A stretch of DNA of 63,429 nt, the filler included, from Octopus bimaculoides (taxonomy: Eukaryota), in the NCBI RefSeq assembly GCF_001194135.2. It is 9 parts of 9 records of this genome, joined end to end, with 100 filler letters (N's around TTAATTAATTAA, not from the genome) between each part and the next. Parts side by side here need not be neighbours in the genome. Positions count along the whole stretch, not along the records: positions 1 to 10,500 come from NC_068992.1; positions 10,601 to 21,624 come from NC_069009.1; 7 more parts are not named here. The stretch is one strand, 5' to 3'. A program made the translations under genes and the position numbers. The number at the start of each line of letters is the position of its first letter. Position 1 is the stretch's first letter. A model generated the notes under the pieces. That model was given only the letters and a program-made list of their open reading frames with translations. It ran no database searches and was not told the DNA's origin. Below, one piece after another: positions 1 to 12,632 of the stretch.

Positions 1-3000
1 TATATATATATATATGCATATATCTATACATATATGTACGTACCTACATATATATTTATATAAAAAATTTAGATTGAAGGTGAATATGGTACTTAAGTTT
101 AGGCACCAGAATTAAGTATGGTATTATCCATACAATTCCAGAATAAGGTGATTAAAATCAAAATAAGCAACAAGGATATCCAAAATTAATGCAGTACGAT
201 CGTTTCATGTGATTCCATTTATTTAAGCAATATGATCATTACATCAAATGTAAAATGCAGAGCAATCCTCAGCTGCAGAAAGATATAGAAATTTACTGAA
301 ATTTCATTTCAACCGAAGGACATATTTTGTAACTACATTTAAATTCTCCAAGTAGAAAGGAAGAATACAAAAAAACATTTTGTATATATGTATATATACA
401 TGCATATATGGGTACAGGGCATAAAAAAAACAAAAAAAAAACGTTAAACACAATGAGAAACGAAAACATAAAAACGAAAACATAGAAAACGAACTTTTTT
501 TCGAACAACGAAAAAAACAGAGAAATGAGACATGCAACATAAAGAGTAAACCCCTTCGTCAGTTGTCCCTGTTTCATCTACTCCGCGTTTCGAAGGCAAG
601 GACAATACTTGACTTAGTTCAAACAGTCCTTCCCGGAAAGCAAATTAAATAAAATTCGGGATTTTTTGCGGTGGGTGAAAGTATTAACAAGAACAGGACA
701 GTGAGAACAAGACAGTAAAAACAAACGGTGAGGGCTGCTGAGCCAAGGCGATATAAAATTATTATGAACGCTAGGTAGACGAGCCATGAGAGAAGACAGG
801 AAAAGGCATGTCTTTTCTTTAGGAAGAAAGTGGACAGAAAGAGAGATCCCCTTTCGTCACGTGTCAGCGACGAGAGAGTCAAGGAAGAAAAGTGAGAAAG
901 AGAGGGAGCAGTGAAAGGGAGAGAATAGGGAAAGGGTAGGAGAGAAAAACAGAAAGGATGAAGAACAAGAGAGGGAGAGAGATAGACAGAGAAGAGATAG
1001 TAGAAGAGTGCGCATCGTAATTATTAAGATAAAACTTTCTTAGAAAAGGTTCCGTGGTCTATACACGTATATGTATATATATTCATATACGTGTGTAACT
1101 GTGTATGTATATGTGTGTGCTTGTTTGTATTGCCGTGTTTGTGCGTATGTACCTATCTCTGTCTGTTTATCCTTGTGTTCTTGTGTGTTGGTGTGGGTGT
1201 TTGCCATTCATTGAAAGGGAAAAAAATGCAGATGTAATTAAATTCTTAATAAATTGAAATTCGCTGTAAGGGGTCGGTTTGTTGTTTGTTCACTGAAATC
1301 CGTTGTAGTTATTTTTGCAAGCATGAGCTCTATTATAACAATGAATTAATGAATGATTGCTATTTAATTCATCTGCTCCGATATTAATGAGGCAATGAAC
1401 ATTAAACAGATAATGGTAAATTACAAAGAAGGAAATCTGTTTTGATGTGAACTAGGCTTCTGGTTTTGAGAAGATACGAAACTGCAGTCATAAGTATTTC
1501 AAGAAATAGCTGCGAAATCTGCCTTAAGTCGCACCCTACTGAATGACGTAGTCCTTGATACACTGTGTCTGAAATATGTGAGACTGAAATATGTGAGACT
1601 GTAGTGTTTTGTTTTATTCTAAGTCTGATCGTTCAGGTCTAAACTGCAACGACAACTTGCGTATTTGAAGGAAGAAAAAAAAGCGAATGCGTAACTGTGC
1701 CGTTCGTATGTTTCCCAAAGTACTTAAGGAGCATACTTGACGTGAACATGAATAGCTGGGAATCGAACATGTGTCACAGTTTCAACACATCAGTAGTTTG
1801 CTATATCACTCGTCCGTGTTCCCCGGAGAATTCAACAAAACAAATAACATTGAAACCTTTGTTACGTCTGCCCCTTCTCGTAGGGATATGCTACCAACAT
1901 CGAGAGGATAAGGGTCCCAGCAGCCCTTCGGCTTAACAGGGAAGGAAACTATATAAACAAGGGCGAGTATTTAGGTAATGTGCAGTTATAGACCTTATAT
2001 TCTCAGTATAAAGTTTAGTTGGTTCTGTAACAAAGAATTGGTTGAGGAGAAGTAAAAAGACAGAATTTCCAAGATTCTAAAACTCGAAGAACGTAGAATT
2101 ATTGTAACTGAAGTAGAAAAATAGAATTTGCAAGATTCAGAAAACTCTAGGAACAAGGATTTATTGCAAGGGATATTGAAACGCAGAACTTCAGAAAACT
2201 TGAGTGTTTTGTTGAGGATTTAAAATTGCTCAAATCTGTCTCAATCACTTTAGGTGCCAACATATTGAGGGTGTTGATGTATCCGTTTATTTGGCACGAT
2301 TAAACATTTAAGCTGATAAAAACACTGGCTAGGACGGTTTTGTAATACTCTAGTCTGTTTCTACAGATTAGAACAACAATCTGATCGGTTTATATGAATG
2401 TTAAGAGAAATTGATGGAATATGTTAATTAGTTGTAGATCTAAATAACAAATTATAACGTAAACCATGAAAATTTTCCCTAATATTGCTGCGAGCATGTC
2501 AGAGACATTAGCTCTTTACTCCGCCATATTTCAGTACCAAAATGGACCCTTAAATTCCCTCTCATATACATAACAATATATAGGTCTATTGCATTCTGAT
2601 AATTCCAATTTTCACCCACATTTATTCATGTCTCAAACATTATGCCTCTGTATAAAAGCATGGTTTCTAATATAGGCAAAAAGGCTAGTTTTAAGAAGAG
2701 GGTCTTGGAAAAATTTATTGAAGCCAGTACATGACTGTCACTTTATTGAGTTCGGTGGGATGAAAGGCAAAGTTGACCCCAACTGGATTTCAAAGTGAAG
2801 ACCCGTAAGAAATACTGTAAAGCATTTTGTCCGGTATTTTAACGAATTTGTCAGTGTGTTACCCTATTATTACTTCTTATACAACAAACACAGCACAATT
2901 TGGAATTTCATTTCAATAAAATCTATGATATCCCTATGGATAGTAGCGAGTTTGCCATAAATCGTTTTCTTTTTTCCCAAATATAATTGATTTTACATCG

Positions 3001-3299
3001 ATAATTGAATCAAATATAGTCCATTCAGCCGTCACTTGCGAGCGAGCCTGGCTTCATAACAGTTACCATGCTTTCAATAATTGATAGTTGTATGCTGTCA
3101 ACTTAATGTGGCAGTGCCCTGAAGGGAATAATACTACTGTTGGTTATCGTATCACTACTGTATAAATCTCTCTGAGAGATTTAGAAATGTATTATTTCTA
3201 AACCTTTCAATAGTTGTTTTAAATGTCTATATAGTCGTGAGCAGACACAGACAGCGTCTCGACCAGGCCACCTTTGACCTAGAAACACATCCAGAACAT

Positions 3300-3470
3300 G
3301 AAAGCTGGACGGATACAGAGCTGCCGGTATTCGTTTACAACCAGTACGCTGGAGCGACGTGTAATGAAATGCCTTGCTCAAGGCTGAAAAGCGCCGCTCT
3401 GGTCAAGGAATTGAACCCACGGTATTATATTCGTTAGATAAATACTCTAATTACCGGACTACTCGCCATT
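3300..3470 (-). mobile_element. Degenerate tRNA-derived SINE head
   Basis: Reverse complement reads GGCGAGTAGTCCGGTAATTAGAG...GGGTTCAATTCC...CTTGAGCAAGGCATTTCATT (A/B-box-like). It resembles the copy at 33738-34097. Confidence 0.55.
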
Positions 3471-3924
3471 AATTTTAAGTCTCAGCTACTTCCGTACACG
3501 AAACAGATTTCGTTTCATATCCAAGTCAGAAACTTGTCTCACCTTTATCGCTAACATCTATTGGTATGACAAAAACATTATATTAATTCGTATTTCTACT
3601 TCACCAAAGTAATTTTCTTCTACGCGGATTAAATTACTAGCGACCAGGCTGGACGTAGATAACGAATTAAATTTGATGCAAATACAGAATGAAATAAAGG
3701 TGACTATATCTCTGTGTGCGTGGGTTTAAAATGGTTGTTATGTTTCGATTTCCGTACAGAATTTCATATCAAATTGTTTGTCAAATAATTACATCAGCCA
3801 ACGTACTATCCCATTACATAGCAAATACATCAATATAAAAAGCTTGAACGATACAATTTCCACCATGTTTTTCGCATCAGTCTTTGTCACTGTCAATATA
3901 TAAACGTTGTTTTACGTATATCGT

Positions 3925-5085
3925 TAAGAATATTGAACATTCCAGAGGGGGGGGGGGATACGGAAGAAGGAGAAGAAGGGGAGGATTGAAACTTGAATAT
4001 TCCAGAGTGGAGGATTTGGGATGGGGAAGGAGAGGAATGGGTGGAAGGAAACTTGAACATTTCAGAAAGGGGTATTGGATGGGGACGGGGAGGAATAAAT
4101 GTTGACCATTCCAGAGGGGGGATATGGGAGGGAAAGGGGAAGAACTGGAGGAATGTATCTTGAACATTCCAGAGAGAGGGATTTGGGAGGGGGAATCGAA
4201 GGAAAGGGAGGAATGAGTCTTGTACATTCCAGAGAGGGGGATTAGAGAGGGGGAAGAGAAGAATGGGCGGAAGGAATCTTGAATATTCTAGAGAGGGGAT
4301 ATGAGAGGGGGAAGGGNNNNNNNNNNNNNNNNNNNNNNNNGGGAGGATGGGGAGGAAGGAATCTTGAACATTCCAGAGAGAGGGATTTGGGAGGGGGAAT
4401 CGAAGGAAAGGGAGGAATGAGTCTTGTACATTCCAGAGAGGGGGATTTGAGAGGGAGAAGAAGAAGAAGGTGAGGAAGACGGAATCTTGAATATTTCAGA
4501 GAGGGAGATTTGAGAGGGGGAAGGGAGGATGGGGAGGAAGGAATCTTGAACATTCCAGAGAGAGGGATTTGGGAGGGGGAATCGAAGGAAAGGGAGGAAT
4601 GAGTCTTGTACATTCCAGAGAGGGGGATTAGAGAGGGGGAAGAGAAGAATGGGCGGAAGGAATCTTGAATATTCTAGAGAGGGGATATGAGAGGGGGAAG
4701 GGAGGATGAGGAGGAAGGAATCTTGAGCAATTCGGAGAGAGGGAAGGAGAAGAATGGGAGGAAGGTATCTTGAACATTCCAGAGAGGGGAATTTGTGAGT
4801 TGGAAGGTGAGGAATTAGAGGAAGGAATCTTGACTATTTCAGTGAAGGGGATTTCAGAGGGAGATGGGGAGGAAGGGTAGGAAGGATTCTTGAACATTCA
4901 AGAGAGGGGGATCTGAGAGGGGGAGAGGGATGAACATTTCCGAGAAGGAGATTTGAGAGGTGGAAGCGGAGGATGAGGAGGCAGGGGATGAAGGTTTCTT
5001 GAACATTCTAGCGAGGGGCATTTGTGAGAGGGAAGGGGTGGAAGGGAAGGAAACGTTCTTGAACATTCCAGAGAGGAGCATTTGA
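3925..5085 (+). repeat. Purine-rich minisatellite, ~20 units of ~60 bp, core TCTTGAACATTCCAGAGAGG
   Basis: The core recurs about every 58-60 bp between variable G/A-only spacers. There is a higher-order duplication (4158-4316 recurs near 4544-4700). Confidence 0.92.
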
Positions 5086-6141
5086 GAGTGGAAAGGGGGA
5101 AATGTAGGAATGGGAGGAAGTGTTCTTGTTCATATCAGTTAATAAATGAATGATAAAAAGGATCTAAATCATGCGATTCTTTTTATTAGTTTACAGGTGT
5201 TTTGGTCTAGGAAACTGTGCACCCAGAATTGAGTATCTTGTTCACACTCTGGTGAAGCTATAGGAGGTTGCACTAGCATTCCAGTATAGTGCATTGTTTC
5301 TTATAGCCGAAACAACTGTGAGCTTTCGAAGGTTATGATGTAAATCTTTTCCAAGTGTTATTCATTTAACTAACATGCATATATATATGCACACATATAT
5401 ACATGCATACATACAAGCATGCATGCGTGCGTGTGCGTGTCTGTGCGTGTGTGTGTGTACATATACATAAGAGTTTTGTAGTTGCCTTATATTTTTAGTT
5501 CCTTATATTTCGGGTGAGTTACTCATCTACAGAGAAAAACAGAGAAAGCATTATCTAAGATCAGAGGTCGTTCGCGTGTAATCTTCTTCGGTGGAAACTG
5601 TATAGAAGCCTGTTGAATGGCTTGTACCTATAATTAAAAAATGTACAACCTTGTTTGTGGAATACTCAACCAATTACATGTTCAGGCGCAGGTAATTCAG
5701 TTAACTGAATAACTGAATGCTTATCGTCGACCGATGGAGATTTGCCAAATATTTCGGTAAGTTAAACCAGTATCTCACTTTCCTAAGTAATGGTCACCCC
5801 AGCTGAATCTCATATTTTCAAAACTCGCTTACATTTTGATTGTGTAAATAAAATTAATGAGTATCGCAACGTTTGATGACAGGTTCAATTTTTCAGGAAA
5901 TTACTTTCAGTCTTACAGCGCTGCTTAAACATAAATATAAATAGGTCTTTTAATTTACATTATTTACATTTGACGGATATTTTTCCTCTGTACTTTTCTT
6001 CTGCCTCATATAAAATAACAGAAGGCACCAGTGGATTCGCAGCTGTTCACTGCCGGAGGTCAGTAATAATGTACGTTGCAAGTATAAGTATAACGAGTTC
6101 CAGCAACTAGTTAATGATACTGCTATAGTAAAGCGATATCC

Positions 6142-6208
<67 letters not shown>

Positions 6209-6730
6209 NNNNNNNNNNNNNNNNNNNNNNNNNNNNNNNNNNNNNNNNNNNNNNNNNNNNNNNNNNNNNNNNNNNNNNNNNNNNNNNNNNNNNNNNNNNN
6301 NNNNNNNNNNNNNNNNNNNNNNNNNNNNNNNNNNNNNNNNNNNNNNNNNNNNNNNNNNNNNNNNNNNNNNNNNNNNNNNNNNNNNNNNNNNNNNNNNNNN
6401 NNNNNNNNNNNNNNNNNNNNNNNNNNNNNNNNNNNNNNNNNNNNNNNNNNNNNNNNNNNNNNNNNNNNNNNNNNNNNNNNNNNNNNNNNNNNNNNNNNNN
6501 NNNNNNNNNNNTAGAAGGACAATGGACAAGTAGATAGGAATAAAGAATATACACAGAGGGATCAATAGGTAGACAGAGAAATGAGTGGACAGAAAGATGG
6601 TGATGAGCGTGTGAGCATGTTTGTATGTATATATGTGTGCGTGCGTTTGGGTGTGTATATGTGCATATACAGAGGGAAGGAGAGAGGAAACAGGAAGGGA
6701 AAAAAGTTACAGAATATATATTTTGTAGAA

Positions 6731-6944
6731 GGCGGTGAGTTGGTAGAAACGTTAGCATGCCGGGCGAAATGCTTAGCGGTATTTCGTCTGTCCTTATGTT
6801 CTGAGTTCAAATTTCACCGAGATCGACTTTGCCTTTTATCCTTTCGAGGTCGATAAATTAAGTACCAGTTGCATACTGGGTCGATCTAATCGACTGGCTC
6901 CGTCCCCCAAAATTTCGGGCTTTGTGCCTAGAGTAGAAAAGAAT
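6731..6944 (+). mobile_element. tRNA-derived SINE (family S1) with 17-bp target-site duplication
   Basis: Head GGCGGTGAGTTGGTAGAAACGTTAGC...GTTCTGAGTTCAAATTT. The direct repeat AGAATATATATTTTGTA lies at 6711-6727 and 6940-6956. Confidence 0.9.
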
Positions 6945-6978
6945 ATATATTTTGTATGTAGATATATATATGTGTATG

Positions 6979-7037
<59 letters not shown>

Positions 7038-7718
7038 ACATACACATGCACATAGGCGTACAGACACACAAAAACTCACTCATATACTCACACATATACT
7101 CACACGCACACACGTGTGTGTATCATTAGGAGACAGTAGTCTGGTTAGCTTTTATAAAAATACTCTATATTTCAGCGACAATCCGAAAGCTACGTTATTA
7201 TTGGTTATACACATAATGTAGAGAGAAGCCACGTATGAGGCTTGCTGTATAGCACTTAAATTGATTACAACTGTTCGTGTGAATCTTGTTAAGAAAGAGA
7301 ATTGAGTAAATGCCAATGTTTATATGCAACATCTTGTTCTCAGCTGGCTCTACACGGATGTACAGCACTTGTAAATGTAATGCAATAAGAATAATTGGCG
7401 AATATCGCAGAAAACCGGTAAACACTCACCTAGTAAGGATAGGGAGAAACGTGATTTTGAATCAATAGTTAAAATCCAGCTTATAAAACTGATACTTTTG
7501 AGAAGCACGTGAATGTTTCAATATGTTACTTCTATTTCCTACTGGGTGTTCGGGGCAAATTTTCACAGTCTCCATAAAAGTAAAACAAAACACAATATCT
7601 AATCTAAAAATAAAAAAAATGTTTTATAATTTCAAAAAGAAAAAAAAATCAGTGCAGTAGTCATGATGGCGGTATTTCGACACCTAGCTCCAATTGTCAT
7701 GATACAAGTAATTGTTTT

Positions 7719-7831
7719 TCAATTTTCAAATGGTTTCCTGTTCTCCATATCAGCTAACTTTTTCTCAATTACAGCTTTAATCGTTATTCTTTCCAACGCC
7801 GATGACTGTTCATCAATGCCTCTAGCTGTTC
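7719..7831 (-). CDS. Candidate terminal coding exon of an unidentified - strand gene: (G)TARGIDEQSSALERITIKAVIEKKLADMENRKPFEN*
   Basis: Strong acceptor TTTTTGTCTCGTCTTTTTCAG|GA. The phase-1 frame is open for 36 codons with mostly purines at codon position 1. No homologue recognised. Confidence 0.45.
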
Positions 7832-8069
7832 CTGAAAAAGACGAGACAAAAATCGTAAAATTTAGTCCGGATATCCTGTATAAATTATGGTAAAATACAC
7901 GAGAATTGAAACGATGAACAACATAGCTATTCTGAATAGATTTCGACAGATTCGAACGGGAATCGAATGTGTAATGAACACATTTCCTCTTAAAGGAATA
8001 TGCATCTTGTATGACAAACATAACAGCGATATTTTTCTAGAATTTTGTTCATATATTCATAGATTACAC

Positions 8070-8122
8070 CATAACATAGATTACATAGATTACATAGATT
8101 ACATAGATTACACCATAACATA
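8070..8122 (+). repeat. 9-bp tandem repeat (ACATAGATT)n
   Basis: Visible directly in the sequence. Confidence 0.85.
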
Positions 8123-9192
8123 AACCCAAGTGAGTGCGCGTGACCGTGTACGTGTGTCTGTATGTTTTCCACACTCCCTATATCACCACCAGTCCCCGTA
8201 ACATAGCGGTTCGGCAAATAGCACCGAAAGAACAAGCAGGATTTTAAAATAAGTACTGAGATCGATTTGTTCGCTTACACCGTATAAAGCAGTGCTCTAG
8301 CATGGTTGTATTCCAATGACTGAAATCAGTAAAAGACACACCCATAATACACACACACACGCACACATCTTTTTTTTAACTGTAAAATACTCATCGTAAG
8401 AATGACATTTTTGTGGATTAAACTTCTCCACATATATATTGTGTGCGTTGTTAAAATGATGTCAGGCACAAAGGATTTCCAACATATTTCACCATTACAG
8501 CGTAATTCTCTAAGGTAGAGACGTTTGTGGATTAGAAGTCTCAAATTCTTTGAGATTTCTTTCATATTTTATGGAGAAAACATTTTTATTCCAGCGTCAA
8601 TTCTTTTACATTTTGATAAAACAGTATTATTGTTTAAACATTTAAAAATTTTTCTCTAAAAATAGGGGTTTTTCTCTCTTGTGTATTTCTTTGTTAGCGA
8701 AGATTTCATGTTTCTCAAAGAAAGTTTTTCTGCAACTCCCACAACAGAGATATTCAATGCTATTCTAATTTATTGATCTTTGGTAAATGTTTCCCTGCAT
8801 TTCTTACCATTTTCTTGATGTCCTCCTTCGATGTCTTCCTTCTTTCTGATACATCGTTTCCCTTCAAAAGATTTCAAATTCTCAAACCATTAATTTTCGC
8901 AATGTCTATTAAGAACCTCCAAGACCAGACGTTCAAGATACCTCGAGCACAGTTGGAGAATCCTGCCGCTCTCATGAATAGCTGTATGTCGAATGTTTAC
9001 GTGTTAGAAGCCAGAGGAATCGTCAAGTCGATACAAAAAAAAAATAGATAAAAACAAAGATGAAACGTAAAATGAAGCATTTCGTAGAGAATTGACTGAC
9101 TTGCCAATTGCCATAATGTTATGAAGAACAGTGGGTTCTCTCCCTCTCTCTCTTTCTCTTTCTTTCTCTATTTCTCTCTCTCTCTCTTCTTT

Positions 9193-9227
<35 letters not shown>

Positions 9228-9900
9228 TTGAAAATGCACAAACAGTTTTAAAAAATNNNNNNNNNNNNNNNNNNNNNNNNNNNNNNNNNNNNNNNNNNNN
9301 NNNNNNNNNNNNNNNNNNNNNNNNNNNNNNNNNNNNNNNNNNNNNNNNNNNNNNNNNNNNNNNNNNNNNNNNNNNNNNNNNNNNNNNNNNNNNNNNNNNN
9401 NNNNNNNNNNNNNNNNNNNNNNNNNNNNNNNNNNNNNNNNNNNNNNNNNNNNNNNNNNNNNNNNNNATATATTAAACGTAAATTGAAAACAGAACACAAA
9501 GGATATCGCGGTACACGTGTTTCAAGCTTTATACACAAACTGTCATTACATCAGTATATATTGTTGATATAAAGGATGGTTTAAGGCTATCATCATCCGC
9601 AAACATTTTCAGTCCCAAGATTACATCAAAAAGAACAAAAGAAAAAGAAAGAGAAAAAGGAAAAGTGCACTTAGTATTATCCATTATAATAGGCTTATCC
9701 TTTAAACTGTTATATCTGCATAAATGTTCGCTGGATTTCAGCAATCTGCCCATACTGTACCACGATTCAGCTGAAGGGCACTAAGAGTGAGGCATCCCTC
9801 AGCTTTTGCTAAAGCATGTCTCCAGAAGAAGGTCATTGATATGAAACTGGACAAACACGGAATAATATTAAACATACATACAGACATACAGACATACATA

Positions 9901-10134
9901 TGGCACTCCGTCGGTTACAACGAAGAGGGTTCCAGCTGATCCGATCAACGGAACAGCCTGCTCGTGAAATTAACGTGCAAGTGACTGAGCACTCCACAGA
10001 AACGTGTACCCTAAACGTAGTTCTCGGGGAGTTTCAGCGTGACACAGTGTGCGACAAGACTGGCCCCTTTGAAATACAAGTACAACAGAAACGACCGCGA
10101 GTCTGCTGCCCTAACCACTGGGCCATTACGCCTC
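9901..10134 (-). mobile_element. tRNA-derived SINE (family S3)
   Basis: Reverse-complement match to 21012-21258 (shared CGTGTACCCT..ACGTAGTTCTC and GCTCGTGAAATTAACGTGCAAGT blocks). Head TGGCCCAGTGGTTAGGGCAG. Confidence 0.88.
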
Positions 10135-10266
10135 TACATACATACATGTACGTAGGTACGTATGTGTGTGTATATGTATGTATGTATGTATCTATCTATA
10201 CACGTGTGTGTGTATTTGAGTGCTTTTGTATATGTATGTGTATGTGCAGTCTCTTTGTGTATGTAT

Positions 10267-10313
<47 letters not shown>

Positions 10314-10500
10314 GGGTGCGTGTGGGTGTGTGTACGTAATAACCAAATGAATACCAACAAACGAAATATCCTATCTGATATTTCGGCTCTCACCAACAAT
10401 TGAACAATTGAGAGATTACCCAACCCTACGTGGTGCATCCTTTTCAAGTACCTGATTCTCTCTGAATCCTCATCTTATTTATTATATGTATGTAATATAA

Positions 10501-10600
10501 NNNNNNNNNNNNNNNNNNNNNNNNNNNNNNNNNNNNNNNNNNNNTTAATTAATTAANNNNNNNNNNNNNNNNNNNNNNNNNNNNNNNNNNNNNNNNNNNN
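10501..10600. other. Artificial scaffolding spacer: 44 N + TTAATTAATTAA + 44 N (also near 21625, 32395, 39642, 47654, 54915, 57061, 61083)
   Basis: An identical 100-bp block recurs eight times; the palindromic 12-mer gives stop codons in all six frames. Confidence 0.95.
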
Positions 10601-11300
10601 CCAATCGATATAGGCTCAGATACCAGGAAACCCCAAAATGGCTGAAGTTCAAAAGATAATGCTCATGGGAACTGCCGATATCCTACGTAAAATACTGTCT
10701 ATGTGATCTCAAATTTTAAAACAACCGATTTTCTTATGGTTTCACCATTCAAACTGACAGGAAGATAGATGCAAATAGGCCAGACATCATACTGAAAGAC
10801 TTCAGACAAAAACCATGCGTCCTCATTGATATGACCGTCCCAATCGATATAAACGTATCTGTCAAGACCTACCAAAAACTGAGCAAATATAAAGATCTTG
10901 AAATAGAAATTAGCAAAATGTGGAACCTGAAGACGAAAACAATATCTATTGTCATAGGTTCCCTGGGAATGACAGCGAAACAGGCTGATTACTACCTAGC
11001 TCAGATACCAGGAAACCCCAAAATGGCTGAAGTTCAAAAGATAGTGCTCATGGGAACTGCCCATATCCTACGTAAAATACTGTCTATGTGATCTCAAATT
11101 TTAAAACAAACACAATTTTCTTATGGTTTCTTAAACATTCTCTAGTACAAAACCAAATGTACAAATCCAAATATATGGTACCCTAGGCATAAAACCTACA
11201 TGAACTTCTAACTTGTTGTCTCTTGAGATCTCTGGATGAGACTCGGATTCAACTTGTACAAATGCAAAACAAAAGTCAAACATAAAATAATAATAATTAT
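10601..11300 (+). mobile_element. R4/Dong-type non-LTR retrotransposon 3' end (restriction-like endonuclease domain, family A), preceded by an internally deleted partial copy
   Basis: Translation DRKIDANRPDIILKDFRQKPCVLIDMTVPIDINVSVKTYQKLSKYKDLEIEISKMWNLKTKTISIVIGSLG...QKIVLMGTAHILRKILSM* carries the PD..D..K REL motif. The 3' UTR ends in AATAATAATAAT. Confidence 0.85.
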
Positions 11301-11301
11301 A

Positions 11302-12020
11302 GTGTACAAACGTGCATTTTAGGAAGGATTTCCACTTTAAAGTTAAAGAGTTTTAAGTGCAGTAAAATTGGACACAGATTGTCAATATGCTGGTTGAAGA
11401 AAAATGTCAAAAATGAGACACCGAAAAAAATCTACTCAACAAAATTGAATTATACCATAGAAAACCGAAAATGCCATTAGATACCGGTTCAGGCGTACCA
11501 ATAATTAATACATCAATATGGATTAAGATAGGAAGGCTGGTATACAAAAAATACTAAGACATTTCATGGTGTGTCGGGGGAACGAGTTCAATTCTTGGGT
11601 GAAATTTCGCCAGAAATAAAACTTAAAGAAATGACTCGGAAAAGTAAAATAATTGTATCTAAAAATACAATGAATCTGTTCAGTACAGATTTAATGGAAG
11701 AATTTGACCTGTGGGATCCTCCATTGAATACATTATGTAAGAAGGTGAACGTGTCACATTCCGTAACAGTTAATACGTCGGAAAATTTGAAATTAAAATT
11801 ATAGAAGATATACCACGATGTCTTCTCGGAAGGAACTCGGAACGTGTAAAACGTGAGTTGAAAGAAAAGGCTGCTCCAGTGTTCAAACCGAAAAGAAATG
11901 TGCCTTTTGTGGGGAGATCAAGTTGAGAAAGAACTAAAAAGATTGGAAAACAAGAGGGTAATTGGAACTAGACAACTCAGAGTAGGTGGCTCCTACTGTA
12001 TATATGAATAAAGAAAAACA
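11302..12020 (+). mobile_element. Ty3/gypsy LTR-retrotransposon fragment (K02A2.6-like): gag Zn knuckle, aspartic protease, start of RT; frameshifted
   Basis: (C)FKCSKIGHRLSIC knuckle near 11349-11390 and protease motif MPLDTGSGVPIINTSIW near 11470-11520. Also KEKAAPVFKPKRNVPF...VEKELKRLE near 11860-11960. Confidence 0.85.
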
Positions 12021-12030
12021 ACAAAATAAG

Positions 12031-12079
12031 AGAGTACTGGGCCAAACTAGAGTACTGGACCAAACTGGAGTACTGGACC
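12031..12079 (+). repeat. 18-bp tandem repeat (GAGTACTGGACCAAACTG)-like, about 3 copies, running into a gap
   Basis: Visible directly in the sequence. Confidence 0.7.
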
Positions 12080-12632
12080 NNNNNNNNNNNNNNNNNNNNN
12101 NNNNNNNNNNNNNNNNNNNNNNNNNNNNNNNNNNNNNNNNNNNNNNNNNNNNNNNNNNNNNNNNNNNNNNNNNNNNNNNNNNNNNNNNNNNNNNNNNNNN
12201 NNNNNNNNNNNNNNNNNNNNNNNNNNNNNNNNNNNNNNNNNNNNNNNNNNNNNNNNNNNNNNNNNNNNNNNNNNNNNNNNNNNNNNNNNNNNNNNNNNNN
12301 NNNNNNNNNNNNNNNNNNNNNNNNNNNNNNNNNNNNNNNNNNNNNNNNNNNNNNNNNNNNNNNNNNNNNNNNNNNNNNNNNNNNNNNNNNNNNNNNNNNN
12401 NNNNNNNNNNNNNNNNNNNNNNNNNNNNNNNNNNNNNNNNNNNNNNNNNNNNNNNNNNNNNNNNNNNNNNNNNNNNNNNNNNNNNNNNNNNNNNNNNNNN
12501 NNNNNNNNNNNNNNNNNNNNNNNNNNNNNNNNNNNNNNNNNNNNNNNNNNNNNNNNNNNNNNNNNNNNNNNNNNNNNNNNNNNNNNNNNNNNNNNNNNNN
12601 NNNNNNNNNNNNNNNNNNNNNNNNNNNNNNNN

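Noticed and set aside
550-612. Both hammerhead half-cores on the minus strand (CCUUC-GAAAC-GCGGA-GUA ... CUGACGA-AGGGG) plus pseudoknot-like pairings
   Set aside because: The order would require type II, but stem I cannot form. It is kept only as a probable repeat terminus.
3066-3120. 52-nt minus-strand exon-like segment (TTCAG|GGCACTGCC...GCATG|GTAACT)
   Set aside because: It shares GCCAC.TTAAGTTGACA.CATA with the sequence near 38235, so it is repeat-derived.
3925-5085. Regularly spaced conserved cores resembling a CRISPR array
   Set aside because: The spacers are related low-complexity G/A sequence, the context is eukaryotic, and there are no cas genes; it is a minisatellite.
10545-10556. 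TTAATTAATTAA islands between N runs (8 occurrences), which resemble a conserved motif or repeat array
   Set aside because: Always centred in an exact 44N-12-44N block; this is an artificial six-frame-stop scaffold spacer.
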